In this document: positions 1-9,399 of the stretch, piece after piece
Position numbering within the stretch: the stretch's first letter is position 1
Layout of the letters: every line of letters begins with the position of its first letter
Virus record (IMG/VR): IMGVR_UViG_3300029305_007860
Direction: 5' to 3' (one strand)
Source of the DNA: an uncultured virus (IMG/VR IMGVR_UViG_3300029305_007860)
Taxonomy: Duplodnaviria; Heunggongvirae; Uroviricota; Caudoviricetes
DNA: 64,000 bases
The notes under the pieces: generated by a model
Told to the model about the DNA's origin: nothing
Seen by the model: the letters and a program-made list of their open reading frames with translations, nothing else
Databases searched by the model: none
Position numbers and translations under genes: made by a program

Positions 1-20
1 ATGAATTAGTTTCTCAAGTA

Positions 21-560
21 ATGACAGATAGAATGTTAGCGTTGTTTAAGTATACAGATGAATATTCAATAAATTTAGACGAATGTAATGAAAAAATACA
101 TGTCATTTTTAAAGAATATATTTCTAAAAACAAAATTTATATATCAAATGAAAAGATAAAGTCTCTTGTTAATTATACATGTGATATATCAGGAATCACA
201 ATGATGTTTGCTTATGATACACCTTTGGCTTATAGAGCTTCTATATTTGAATCAGAAAATAAAGAAGATTTAATTATTGATACTCAAATACTAGAAGGGA
301 TATCTTTTTTGTCTGAATGGTATTTTTTAGTTTCCTTGTGGGTTATGTATTTAATAACAATAACTATAATTTATTTTATATGTGATAAGAAAGAAATATA
401 TGTTAGGCACCGTATTATCCCTAATACTTGCCTTGACCCATCTATTCTTTTTTCAGCAATTTCGCTGGGAGCTATACTAGGATTGCCTGAAGAACCGATA
501 GTAACATTTTTTGTTCTTAAAGTCTTGTTTTTTGTTGGAATTTTAGGTCTTTTGTTTTGA
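21..560 (+). CDS. Hypothetical membrane protein (may be 5'-truncated or mis-started)
   Basis: 179-aa ORF with about three hydrophobic segments in the C-terminal half. Confidence 0.55.
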   Translation: MTDRMLALFKYTDEYSINLDECNEKIHVIFKEYISKNKIYISNEKIKSLVNYTCDISGITMMFAYDTPLAYRASIFESENKEDLIIDTQILEGISFLSEWYFLVSLWVMYLITITIIYFICDKKEIYVRHRIIPNTCLDPSILFSAISLGAILGLPEEPIVTFFVLKVLFFVGILGLLF

Positions 561-601
561 GTAGTTTTTCGCATTTTTTTAGCAAGAGGTGATATAAATA
601 G

Positions 602-928
602 ATGAAAATAGAAACAAGATATATAAGACAAATATTAAAAAAAGAATTTCCTCAAGAAACATTCAGACTAAGTTATAAAAAGGTACGTTCTAGTGTAATG
701 TCATTTGATATACTTATAATAAATATTAGTGATGGAAATAAATACATACAAGAAGATGTTATATCAAAGATTAAGGAATATACATGTGGTATAGATATAC
801 ATAATTATGGATATAAAGGAAATTTTGAGGGTTCACATAATAATGTGACACCTAAAATATATATGGTTAACCAAAAAGAGTACATAGAACCTACTTTATT
901 AAGGGGAATTGAGGTTAAATACTGTTGA
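602..928 (+). CDS. Hypothetical protein
   Basis: 108-aa ORF, GAGGTG RBS, followed by a terminator hairpin at ~954-981. Confidence 0.7.
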   Translation: MKIETRYIRQILKKEFPQETFRLSYKKVRSSVMSFDILIINISDGNKYIQEDVISKIKEYTCGIDIHNYGYKGNFEGSHNNVTPKIYMVNQKEYIEPTLLRGIEVKYC

Positions 929-953
929 TTTTTAAGGGATTTGTATTTTTATT

Positions 954-981
954 AAAAGAGAGCTATATTAGCTCTCTTTTT
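954..981 (+). terminator. Rho-independent terminator
   Basis: AAAAGAGAGCT-atatt-AGCTCTCTTTTT. Confidence 0.8.
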
Positions 982-987
982 GGTTGT

Positions 988-1062
988 CGTTTTACTATTA
1001 TGTATTGATTTTTATTATCCTAGCAGGGGCAAGGTAACCCTGTAAAAAAACAAAAAAGGAGG
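988..1062 (+). promoter_or_regulatory. Conserved leader copy 1 (box + hairpin + RBS)
   Basis: CGTTTTACTATTATGTA at 988-1004; stem GCAGGG/CCCTGT, loop GCAAGGTAA at 1023-1043; AAGGAGG. Confidence 0.8.
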
Positions 1063-1069
1063 GATTATA

Positions 1070-2554
1070 ATGGATAATAAGAAAAACTTAAGAGAATTTA
1101 GCGGAATTAAGGTATCTAAACTTAATCGTGCGACGTCAGCTTGTTTTAACGAATTATATAATGAAGTAAAACAGGGAACTGTATATGAGGGTTTTATAAT
1201 TGAAATAGTTTCTGGAGATGTAGATAAATTGGTGATTTCGTTAGTAAAATCAAATGGAGTTACGGAAGAAACAACACCTTTTGGAAAGGCAGTATCTACA
1301 GATATTGAAGACTATGATGAACTTGTCAACTTAATAAATTCGGGAAACTATATTTCGAGAATATATGATGTCGATAATACATCTTTAGTCCTTCTTGTTA
1401 AAGAAAAAGAAGAGATAAAGGACTTAACTTCAGGTTATAACACAGATAAAGAAATTATTTCGTTGTTAAAACATTCGTTAGGAGAAAAAGAGTATGAGGA
1501 AAGAATAGAATATCTTAAAGAACATGGAATTACCGAAGGAAGTTTGTTGTATACAAAGATTCTTGAAAAAATTTCTCCGGGATTTTCGGTTCATAAACCT
1601 GTTTCTCTTTATAAGAAAGTTGGAAAAGGTACCTCTTTAATATCTAAAATACTTTCCAATATTGTTGTCGGAAATAATCTTATTTTACAGGGACCTAAAT
1701 CTGTTGGTAAAAATGTTGCATGGGAGTCGGTAGCATGGCTTTTAAATTGTAATATAGTTACTTTACAGTGTTCAGAAAGATTGACAAGAGCGGATATGTT
1801 AGGCTTTCAATCTTCTGATACATCAAACAAGGAACTTTTAACAGAGGAAGGTTTTTTGGATAAGATTGCTTCGCAAAATACAGGAATTTGGACAGAGAAA
1901 GGTATATCTTATCAGATGGCTCTTGATAAATCTCATAGTCCTGATTTAAAACATGTTCCGGGACCAGTATTGGAGGCTATGATTAGAGCCAATAGAGGAG
2001 AGGGAATTATTCTTCTTGTAGATGAAATGAATTTAGCAGACCCAAATACATTAGCAGGAGTGTTTAATACTTTGACGGACAAACACAGTAAAAGTATTTT
2101 CGTCACAGGATATGGAGAAGAAATCGTTCCAAAACATCTAATTATTGGTGCTACTCAAAATGCTAACACTGGGAATTATATCGGTGTAAATGCTCAAAAT
2201 ACAGCTACTGTGTCTAGATTTACATGTATTGATATCAAGGAAACAGGGTCTATTAAGAATATTCTTCAGAGAGTGGCAGATGAGTTTGATGTTCCTGAGT
2301 ATATTCTTGACGGAATGAACAAAGTATATTGCGAATTCAAAAAGGTTTCAGATAGTGGAGAAGATGGAATATCTTCGGATTCTCTAAATATTAGAGGTTT
2401 TGAATCTGCTGTTAGACTTATCGGAGTGGGAGTTCCTTCTCGAGAAGCTATTATAGAAGGAGTGATTAATACCGTATCAGATTATAACGAAATTGAGGTG
2501 TTAATACAACTTCTTGATAATTTTGTTGAAGAGGATGGGAATTTTAAACACTAG
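1070..2554 (+). CDS. MoxR/CbbQ/CobS-like AAA+ ATPase with N-terminal extension
   Basis: Walker A-like GPKSVGKN, Walker B LLVDEMN, GATQN, SRF; adjacent vWA gene. Confidence 0.85.
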   Translation: MDNKKNLREFSGIKVSKLNRATSACFNELYNEVKQGTVYEGFIIEIVSGDVDKLVISLVKSNGVTEETTPFGKAVSTDIEDYDELVNLINSGNYISRIYDVDNTSLVLLVKEKEEIKDLTSGYNTDKEIISLLKHSLGEKEYEERIEYLKEHGITEGSLLYTKILEKISPGFSVHKPVSLYKKVGKGTSLISKILSNIVVGNNLILQGPKSVGKNVAWESVAWLLNCNIVTLQCSERLTRADMLGFQSSDTSNKELLTEEGFLDKIASQNTGIWTEKGISYQMALDKSHSPDLKHVPGPVLEAMIRANRGEGIILLVDEMNLADPNTLAGVFNTLTDKHSKSIFVTGYGEEIVPKHLIIGATQNANTGNYIGVNAQNTATVSRFTCIDIKETGSIKNILQRVADEFDVPEYILDGMNKVYCEFKKVSDSGEDGISSDSLNIRGFESAVRLIGVGVPSREAIIEGVINTVSDYNEIEVLIQLLDNFVEEDGNFKH

Positions 2555-2623
2555 ATAAGAGATGTTCAATAAGGAGCAAAAGATTTCTCTAATTCCTTAT
2601 TATCTTATGAAAGGAGGAAAAAT

Positions 2624-4921
2624 ATGATAGTAGAATATGATAAAATGTCATTTTCGGAAAAAAATAATAAGATAACTTCTATAAAAAACTGGTTAAAAAA
2701 TGGTGTATCTAAGATATTAAAACCTTTGATTAAATCATATTTGGGAGATAGATTAAGTAAATTTATTAAATCTATTGAACTGGATGTTTCTGATGATTCT
2801 TATGATATATCTACGGCTAATGGGAATCATTATATAAAGGTTTCTTTATCGGAGGAAGAAGCTTGTACATTAGAAAAATCTGATTTAATGAGAGTTTTAA
2901 AATTCAAATTATATCACGAATTATCTCATGTATTATATTCAAGTGAATTAAATCCGGATACAGGAAAGGAATATTATGAAGAAGCAATAAGTAGAATTGC
3001 TGATATTTTTACAGAGATAGCAAGTTGTCAGAATAAGTTTTTTATTTCTAACCATTTAAAAAGTTTATGTTCTGATGTCATGAATTGTATAGAGGATGGA
3101 AGAATTGAAAATATTCTCTGTACAACATATGTAGGAGCCAAAAAACATAGAGATTGGTATAGGCTTACATTATGGAAAAAAAATAAAGTAAAGAATGAGT
3201 CTCCGAAAATAGGAGACCTTCGAAATGCTATATTAACTATTGCTACTATAGGTATGTTGCCTAATGGTTTTAATGTAAAATATCCTAATTCTGGAAATTT
3301 TTTCAACTTTGTTCTTGGATTATCAGGATGTATAGGACAATATGTTTGTTCAAATTCTATTAAAAGTGCTTTTCCTGTTATTGATGAGCTTTCTTATAAG
3401 ATTGCACCTTATTATGTTGATGCTTATGCTTTGTCCGAAGAAGATTACGAACATTATAAGTCAACTCAAAAGAATAGAAAATATTCGGATGAAGAACTTA
3501 ATAAAATCGCTCAAAGAGTAGCGGAAGAAATGCAGAATATGAAGGCTTCTCCTATTCCATCTGCTGATATTCCGTCTACTAATAATGGTCCAATAGTTTC
3601 TGTTCTTACCGATGATGAAATAAAGGGAGAAGAAATATCGTTAGAAACTACGCCTGATGTTATAGTTGATTTAAGGAAAAATCCTGTGTTTTCTGATAAA
3701 GAAGGAGATTCCTTAGATAAGGAGGACAACCCATATTACTATCGTCCTGAAGGGATTGATTCTAATAAAAACAACGATGGTAGCGGAGATTTAAGCCTTG
3801 ATAACGAGAAACAAATGGAATCAAAAACTGATACTTCTTTATCTAAAGAAGAAAATATGGCTGACGATGGTTTGTCACAGTCTTCTGAGTCCAACTCTTT
3901 AAATAAAAGTTCCGAAGAAGATAATAATGGGTATATATTGCCGGATTCTTCTTTTTTAGAATCTCTTATCAGTTCAAGTCTTCAGAATAGAATAGAAGAG
4001 AGTTGTGCCGAGGTTAAAAGCGATATTCAAAGAGCGAATAAAGAACAATCAGAATGGGAAATCAACCAGCATGATTCCTTTCCACTTGATAAACAAACTA
4101 TAAGCGTTTTAGCTCAAGAGTTTGGTGGGTACGAAGATGTTGATATAGTTGATTATCGAAAAAAATCTGGTGTTCGACAAGTTAAATGTCCTTCGGATAT
4201 TTTATTAAAATCTAAACGTCTTGCTCAAAAACTACAAACAATTATTTATAACAAATCTTCAAGAGACAGATATGGTTGTTATAATGGTCTTGTGAATTCG
4301 CAAGATTTGGGAAAATTTCTTACAGGGCAACCAGATTATTATAAGCAGGAAGGAATAAAGAAGAAAACGGATTTTTCTTGTTTGATTTTAAAGGATGATT
4401 CTGGTTCCATGTGTGGTGATAATGAGCATAAAGCTTTGGAAGTTCTTGCTGAATTAGAAGAAGCTTTTAAGATTATTGATTTTCCTCTTCGTATGCAAGC
4501 GTTCTCGACGAAACATGGAGAGACTATGAAAATTATTAAAAGCTGGAATGATAAAAATAAGAATGTATCTTATACATATTCCTTTGGTTCTACTTCTAAG
4601 CCTGATTGGGGGAATAATGATGCATATTCTATATCTCTTGCTACAGATATATTGGCTCAGCGTAAAGAAAAGAACAAACTGTTGATTATAGTATCAGATG
4701 GAGCTCCGTGTTGTTCTACTGAACTTGTAAAAAAAGCAGTTGAAAGAGCTAGAGGCAAGGGTATTTTTGTTATTTCTATTCTTATTGGCACAGAGAACGA
4801 GGTTACATCTAACTGGAATACCTTCACTCAAATGTACGGTCATAATCTTCTTGCCGGTTCCCTTGATAAAATGGGTGACCAGTTATTTAAATTTGTAAAG
4901 AAGTTTATTTCTTTAATTTAA
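2624..4921 (+). CDS. CobT-like vWA domain protein with N-terminal HExxH region
   Basis: HELSH and EDGRIE in N-terminus, acidic linker, MIDAS DDSGSM, VSDGAP. Confidence 0.85.
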   Translation: MIVEYDKMSFSEKNNKITSIKNWLKNGVSKILKPLIKSYLGDRLSKFIKSIELDVSDDSYDISTANGNHYIKVSLSEEEACTLEKSDLMRVLKFKLYHELSHVLYSSELNPDTGKEYYEEAISRIADIFTEIASCQNKFFISNHLKSLCSDVMNCIEDGRIENILCTTYVGAKKHRDWYRLTLWKKNKVKNESPKIGDLRNAILTIATIGMLPNGFNVKYPNSGNFFNFVLGLSGCIGQYVCSNSIKSAFPVIDELSYKIAPYYVDAYALSEEDYEHYKSTQKNRKYSDEELNKIAQRVAEEMQNMKASPIPSADIPSTNNGPIVSVLTDDEIKGEEISLETTPDVIVDLRKNPVFSDKEGDSLDKEDNPYYYRPEGIDSNKNNDGSGDLSLDNEKQMESKTDTSLSKEENMADDGLSQSSESNSLNKSSEEDNNGYILPDSSFLESLISSSLQNRIEESCAEVKSDIQRANKEQSEWEINQHDSFPLDKQTISVLAQEFGGYEDVDIVDYRKKSGVRQVKCPSDILLKSKRLAQKLQTIIYNKSSRDRYGCYNGLVNSQDLGKFLTGQPDYYKQEGIKKKTDFSCLILKDDSGSMCGDNEHKALEVLAELEEAFKIIDFPLRMQAFSTKHGETMKIIKSWNDKNKNVSYTYSFGSTSKPDWGNNDAYSISLATDILAQRKEKNKLLIIVSDGAPCCSTELVKKAVERARGKGIFVISILIGTENEVTSNWNTFTQMYGHNLLAGSLDKMGDQLFKFVKKFISLI

Positions 4922-5009
4922 TAGAAAATAGATTCTTGGAAACAGGAATCTATTTTTTATTATTTTAGATTAATTAAATATATTAATCTTGTTTTATGTG
5001 CGTTTTTTT

Positions 5010-5078
5010 CGTTTTACTATTATGTATAAAGTTTTAAATATCCAAAAGGGAAAAGGTAACCCTAATAAAAAAAAGGAG
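5010..5078 (+). promoter_or_regulatory. Conserved leader copy 2
   Basis: CGTTTTACTATTATGTA at 5010-5026; stem AGGG/CCCT, loop AAAAGGTAA at 5047-5063. Confidence 0.8.
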
Positions 5079-5088
5079 TGTGTATATT

Positions 5089-6213
5089 ATGGATAATTCG
5101 TTAAAACAAAAGATATCGGTAGTTGAAAGAGCAAAGAAATTGGAAAAAATTCGTAAATCTCTTGGAAAAACTCCAATAACAGCAGAAGAACTACAAAAGG
5201 CTTATGAAGAGTCTACAGATATTCAGGAAGTAGAAATTTCAGTTCATATCTCTTCTTGTAATGTGTGTGTAGGCAAAATAAATACTTTGAAAACTTCTGA
5301 ACTATCTGAAGAGGAAAGAGAATTTATTAAAGGAGCTGGAAATTGTAGTAAATATGAGATGTTTCCAAAGGCTCAGTTAAAATTAAATAATATTTTAACA
5401 AAAATTCATCAGAAGAAAGAAATTTGTTCTTTGTCAGGTTCTAATCTTATGAATAAAACTTTATTCATAGAGACTTTTCTTCCTTATTTAAAAGAAATGG
5501 AAAAAGAACTGGAGGAAGTTAAAGAGTCTATCGAAGAGGATTTCGATGATAGGCTTATAGAATTTGAAAATATATTAAATGATATAGTTGTCAAATTATT
5601 TCCAGACAAAACAGAGCATGTAAAGAAGCAAATAGAATTCATTAAAAAGAGAGGAGCTAAAGGTTATACAAGCAGAATCTTTATTGAGATGAAGACAACT
5701 TATGATGGAGAGTCAATAAATAGAGAGGATTTAAGACAGTTTCTAGAAACCATGAAGAAAAATGCAACAGATAAATTTGCGGGAGAAATTTTGTATTCTT
5801 TGTTAGATGATTTATGGCAGGCTTGTATAACTTATGCGGTTAATATTAGTAGCGGAAGGTATAAAGATACTTCGGATTTAAGTGGATTTCTTTCTACAAG
5901 AAATAATTTAAAGAAAGAGGCTATAAAAGTAAGAGGTAATGCGGTACCTATTAAAGATAAAGTGCTTGATATTATTTCTCTTACTGAAAAGGTTGAAGAC
6001 CTGTCTTTGTGTACAGATGGATTCGAAGCTCCTGATTTATGCTTTGACACTCTTGTTGAAATTTATATGACTGCAAGAGAAAACTATGGCTATTTATTAT
6101 CTTTTGGGAACAAGACAAAAACCGGGGCGATAATTCCGTCTTGGTTAAGAATTGAAGAGATAGAGTCTACAGCAGATGAAATAATTAAACTTTCTAAATC
6201 TTCAAGTTTATAA
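5089..6213 (+). CDS. Hypothetical helical protein, possibly DUF3150-like
   Basis: ATG at 5089 fits RBS GGAG 5075-78; position after an AAA/vWA pair recalls plasmid DUF3150 loci, but the family call is weak. Confidence 0.6.
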   Translation: MDNSLKQKISVVERAKKLEKIRKSLGKTPITAEELQKAYEESTDIQEVEISVHISSCNVCVGKINTLKTSELSEEEREFIKGAGNCSKYEMFPKAQLKLNNILTKIHQKKEICSLSGSNLMNKTLFIETFLPYLKEMEKELEEVKESIEEDFDDRLIEFENILNDIVVKLFPDKTEHVKKQIEFIKKRGAKGYTSRIFIEMKTTYDGESINREDLRQFLETMKKNATDKFAGEILYSLLDDLWQACITYAVNISSGRYKDTSDLSGFLSTRNNLKKEAIKVRGNAVPIKDKVLDIISLTEKVEDLSLCTDGFEAPDLCFDTLVEIYMTARENYGYLLSFGNKTKTGAIIPSWLRIEEIESTADEIIKLSKSSSL

Positions 6214-6215
6214 TA

Positions 6216-6255
6216 AAAAATAACACCTTCTATTAGTATAGGAGGTGTTATTTTT
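6216..6255. terminator. Bidirectional terminator
   Basis: AAAAATAACACCTTCTA-ttagta-TAGGAGGTGTTATTTTT between convergent genes. Confidence 0.85.
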
Positions 6256-7508
6256 TATATTCTGTTTATTATTTGTTCTTCTTCTTTTATGTTTAGGTTT
6301 TTATCTTTAAAATGATATAATATATTGTTTTTTTCTATTTTAAACAAAGAAGAATAGAAAGTATAGTTATTGAGTCTCTCTTGTGTTGTGAAGTAAATGT
6401 TCTCGTGATATATTCCTGTATGTTTTAATAAAAAATATGCATCTTTTATAGATTTTACTGCTATTATATATTTTAGAGGATATCCTTTGAGAGATTCAAA
6501 TATTGTATTTATTTTAGGGAATAGTTGGACTTTTTTATAAACATACATATTTTCGTCGGTATAATCGTCAACAACAAAGTCCATTATTATTCCATTTTCT
6601 GAAACTAATTGATTCTCTTCGCTTTTAAAAATATAATTATCAAACGAAATATCGCTCATTTCTGGATAATTAAATACCCCTTTTGATACGTTAAAACCTT
6701 TTTTTTGAAATTCATTTGCGATATTAATTTTGTTATCATTTAGTTCTTTGCCTAGTATATCTAAAAGTTCGTCGCTTTTTCCTATATATATATTGAATTT
6801 ATAAGATATTTCGCTTCTTAGATTGGTATCAATATATTCCATTAGTTGATTTTTTCTGCTGGATTTTCTTGATATATTGTCTAAAATAAACAATACTTTT
6901 ATATCATAAGTCATTGAATTATAAAAACTTTCTGAATGGATGAAGTTTCTATAACTATCCCATTTTTTTATGAGTCTTGATTTTCTTTCGGTGTTCATAT
7001 CAGCTTCTAAAAAATATAAAGTATTACCTGATTTGATTAATCCGTCAGGCATTATATTGGATATAAAAGTAGAAATGTCTTTTTCATCGTAATATTCATC
7101 TAAATAATTTGGGTATTGTGAAACAAACTCCATAACAAATTGATTAAGAGAAATTTGATGTTTTACTTTACTTTCTTTTAACACAATTTTGCTGGTAGAA
7201 AGTAATTTTTTAAACTCTACACCATTCCAATCTAAAGGATTTATTCCAAAAATACCATATTTTTTTAAAAAGTTTATTCCTGATGAAGATATTATATAAT
7301 AGGAGTCTTCTTTATAGTATCCTACCTTTACTATCATTTTTTCCTGATTTTGTAAAGAAGACAGAGTGTTGAGGCAAGTTTTTATAGATAAATGTTCTCT
7401 TTCAAAAACCTGTTTATAAATTTGGTCGAGAGAAAGACATCTATAATGATAAAGTAATGATAATATAATATGTTTTTTCTTGTTTATTGTCATTTTTTCT
7501 TCCTCCAT
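6255..7508 (-). CDS. Replication-relaxation family protein (wHTH + PD-(D/E)xK-like)
   Basis: N-terminal LYHYRCLSLDQI wHTH, HQISLN, PDG..YFLEADMNTE..KWDSY. Confidence 0.75.
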   Translation of the reverse strand: MEEEKMTINKKKHIILSLLYHYRCLSLDQIYKQVFEREHLSIKTCLNTLSSLQNQEKMIVKVGYYKEDSYYIISSSGINFLKKYGIFGINPLDWNGVEFKKLLSTSKIVLKESKVKHQISLNQFVMEFVSQYPNYLDEYYDEKDISTFISNIMPDGLIKSGNTLYFLEADMNTERKSRLIKKWDSYRNFIHSESFYNSMTYDIKVLFILDNISRKSSRKNQLMEYIDTNLRSEISYKFNIYIGKSDELLDILGKELNDNKINIANEFQKKGFNVSKGVFNYPEMSDISFDNYIFKSEENQLVSENGIIMDFVVDDYTDENMYVYKKVQLFPKINTIFESLKGYPLKYIIAVKSIKDAYFLLKHTGIYHENIYFTTQERLNNYTFYSSLFKIEKNNILYHFKDKNLNIKEEEQIINRI

Positions 7509-7699
7509 TATTATAATAATAATTTAACACATGAGAATACGTTTTTCAATAAAATAAGTTTATTTTTTGTAAAGTTATAATATTTCATGAATTAATATGC
7601 TCGTTGACATTGGATATTTTATGAATTAAAATTATAAAAAGTATTTGTAATTTTTTGGCATTATAGATGGAGTAAAACTTATTTTAGGAGTGTAGTAAT

Positions 7700-9136
7700 A
7701 TGGGAGCAAAGAAAAAGGAAAACTCAAAAGTATTAAAAACCTACTTGGATAAACTTAATACAGGGGTAAATTATACTGAAATAGCAAGAAGTTCTGGGAG
7801 TACTTCTGAAAAGATAATTAAGGTTTTTGCTGGACAAAGAGTTCCGCCTTATGATTTGCTTGTTGATATTTTGGATTATTTTGATGTTGAAAATATTAAA
7901 GATGTTATTTGTGAGCTTTCTAAAAAAGATGGAGTTCTTTTGTTTAATTATTGGGACAATATTTATCCGGAAGAAGTATCTATAAAAGAACTAAGGCAAG
8001 TTATAATTGAATTAATGAAGAAAAAGAAACTCACAAGCCGGGATGTAGCAAAGAAATTTAATACCACTCAAAATTATATTTCGTCTATTGTATCAGGAAA
8101 TACAGAAATTTCATATAATTGCGTTAAGAGTTTTTCGGAAGTGTTCGATATTACTCCTGTTGAGTTGATTAATAAATTAAAAAACCGTCAACAAATATCT
8201 CTGAAACGAGATGAATTCACAAGATGCCTTGTTGAAGCTAGACAATCTCTTGATTTTACCGCAGAACATATAGCAGAGATATGCAAAATAAGTGTATATA
8301 GATATATAAAGATAGAACAGGCTGACGTAGAAATAAAAATAAAAATGTTAGCCAAAATATGTAAAGTCTTAAAATTGGATTTAGAGTATTTGGGTAAATT
8401 GGCAATAGAAGCTAGGGTATTGTTTGAGATTGAAGAATTTGAGGAAATAGTATCTGGGAAGAAAAATATAATACTTGATAGAAATCCAAATTCTAGAGAT
8501 ATAGAAGAATTTCTTTTTGAAACTTGTAGGTATAAAAGGATATCTTCTGGAGCAGTTTCCTACAATAGTAAGGCTATCGTAACGTTACTGTTTTTAATAT
8601 TATCAAATGAAATGAATAGTAGAGAAAAGTTTAAGGGAGAAATAATATATTATCTAACCCAACTGAGGTCAGGGAATGATAAGGATATATATAAGAAATT
8701 TGATTTTACAGGTATTACTAAGAGTGATGATGTTAAGTTACAAGAAATTTTTGCTAGATATAAAGATGAGTTTGGTTATTCTTTTTTGCAAATCGCTAAA
8801 TTATCTGGGTTTTCAAAGGGGTACATATCTAATAGAAATCAAAGTAAGGATTTTCTTGGTATGAACTTTATTATTAGAGTATTGCCGGCAGTCAATATAC
8901 CTTTGTCTATTGGTGTAGAGGTTATGATAAAAGAACGACTTTTTGATACTGATGTCACTGAAACGTGTGAAACCATAACTGTTAATAAACTTGTGGCATC
9001 AATGAAAAAGAATCCGATTTGGACGTATCTGGGAGAGGATGTTTCTGTAGAATCGTTCAAAGAAATATTAAAAATTATATTTGGAACAGGAGATTCGGTT
9101 GATAAATATCAGAATACAAAAGATTTCTTTGCCTGA
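7700..9136 (+). CDS. Multi-HTH XRE-family transcriptional regulator
   Basis: About four Cro/CI-like HTH units (YTEIARSSG, SRDVAKKFN..YISSIVSG, AEHIAEICKIS..YIKIEQ, LQIAKLSGFSKGYIS); upstream TTGACA-17-TAAAAT at 7604-7632. Confidence 0.8.
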   Translation: MGAKKKENSKVLKTYLDKLNTGVNYTEIARSSGSTSEKIIKVFAGQRVPPYDLLVDILDYFDVENIKDVICELSKKDGVLLFNYWDNIYPEEVSIKELRQVIIELMKKKKLTSRDVAKKFNTTQNYISSIVSGNTEISYNCVKSFSEVFDITPVELINKLKNRQQISLKRDEFTRCLVEARQSLDFTAEHIAEICKISVYRYIKIEQADVEIKIKMLAKICKVLKLDLEYLGKLAIEARVLFEIEEFEEIVSGKKNIILDRNPNSRDIEEFLFETCRYKRISSGAVSYNSKAIVTLLFLILSNEMNSREKFKGEIIYYLTQLRSGNDKDIYKKFDFTGITKSDDVKLQEIFARYKDEFGYSFLQIAKLSGFSKGYISNRNQSKDFLGMNFIIRVLPAVNIPLSIGVEVMIKERLFDTDVTETCETITVNKLVASMKKNPIWTYLGEDVSVESFKEILKIIFGTGDSVDKYQNTKDFFA

Positions 9137-9298
9137 GAGTTATAAAACTTTAGCTGAATAAGTTGTTAAATTAGAAATGTTTGGGCTTTTTTCTTTCGAA
9201 GAAGTGTCTTAGTTTGTTACAACCAAAATATTAAGTATAAATAAGTCATTTATTTTAATGGCTTATTTTTTTGCCTTAGAACAAATATTCTATTTGCG

Positions 9299-9327
9299 TT
9301 GACAAAACGATTCTGTATTGTTATTAT
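9299..9327 (+). promoter_or_regulatory. Sigma-A type promoter of the recG-orf-cas12f operon
   Basis: TTGACA-17 nt-TATTAT with TG extension. Confidence 0.65.
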
Positions 9328-9399
9328 AATTACAATATATTATAATATTTTATTTTTATAAAATACTACACATAAAATACAAAACAAGGGCGTGAGTTA

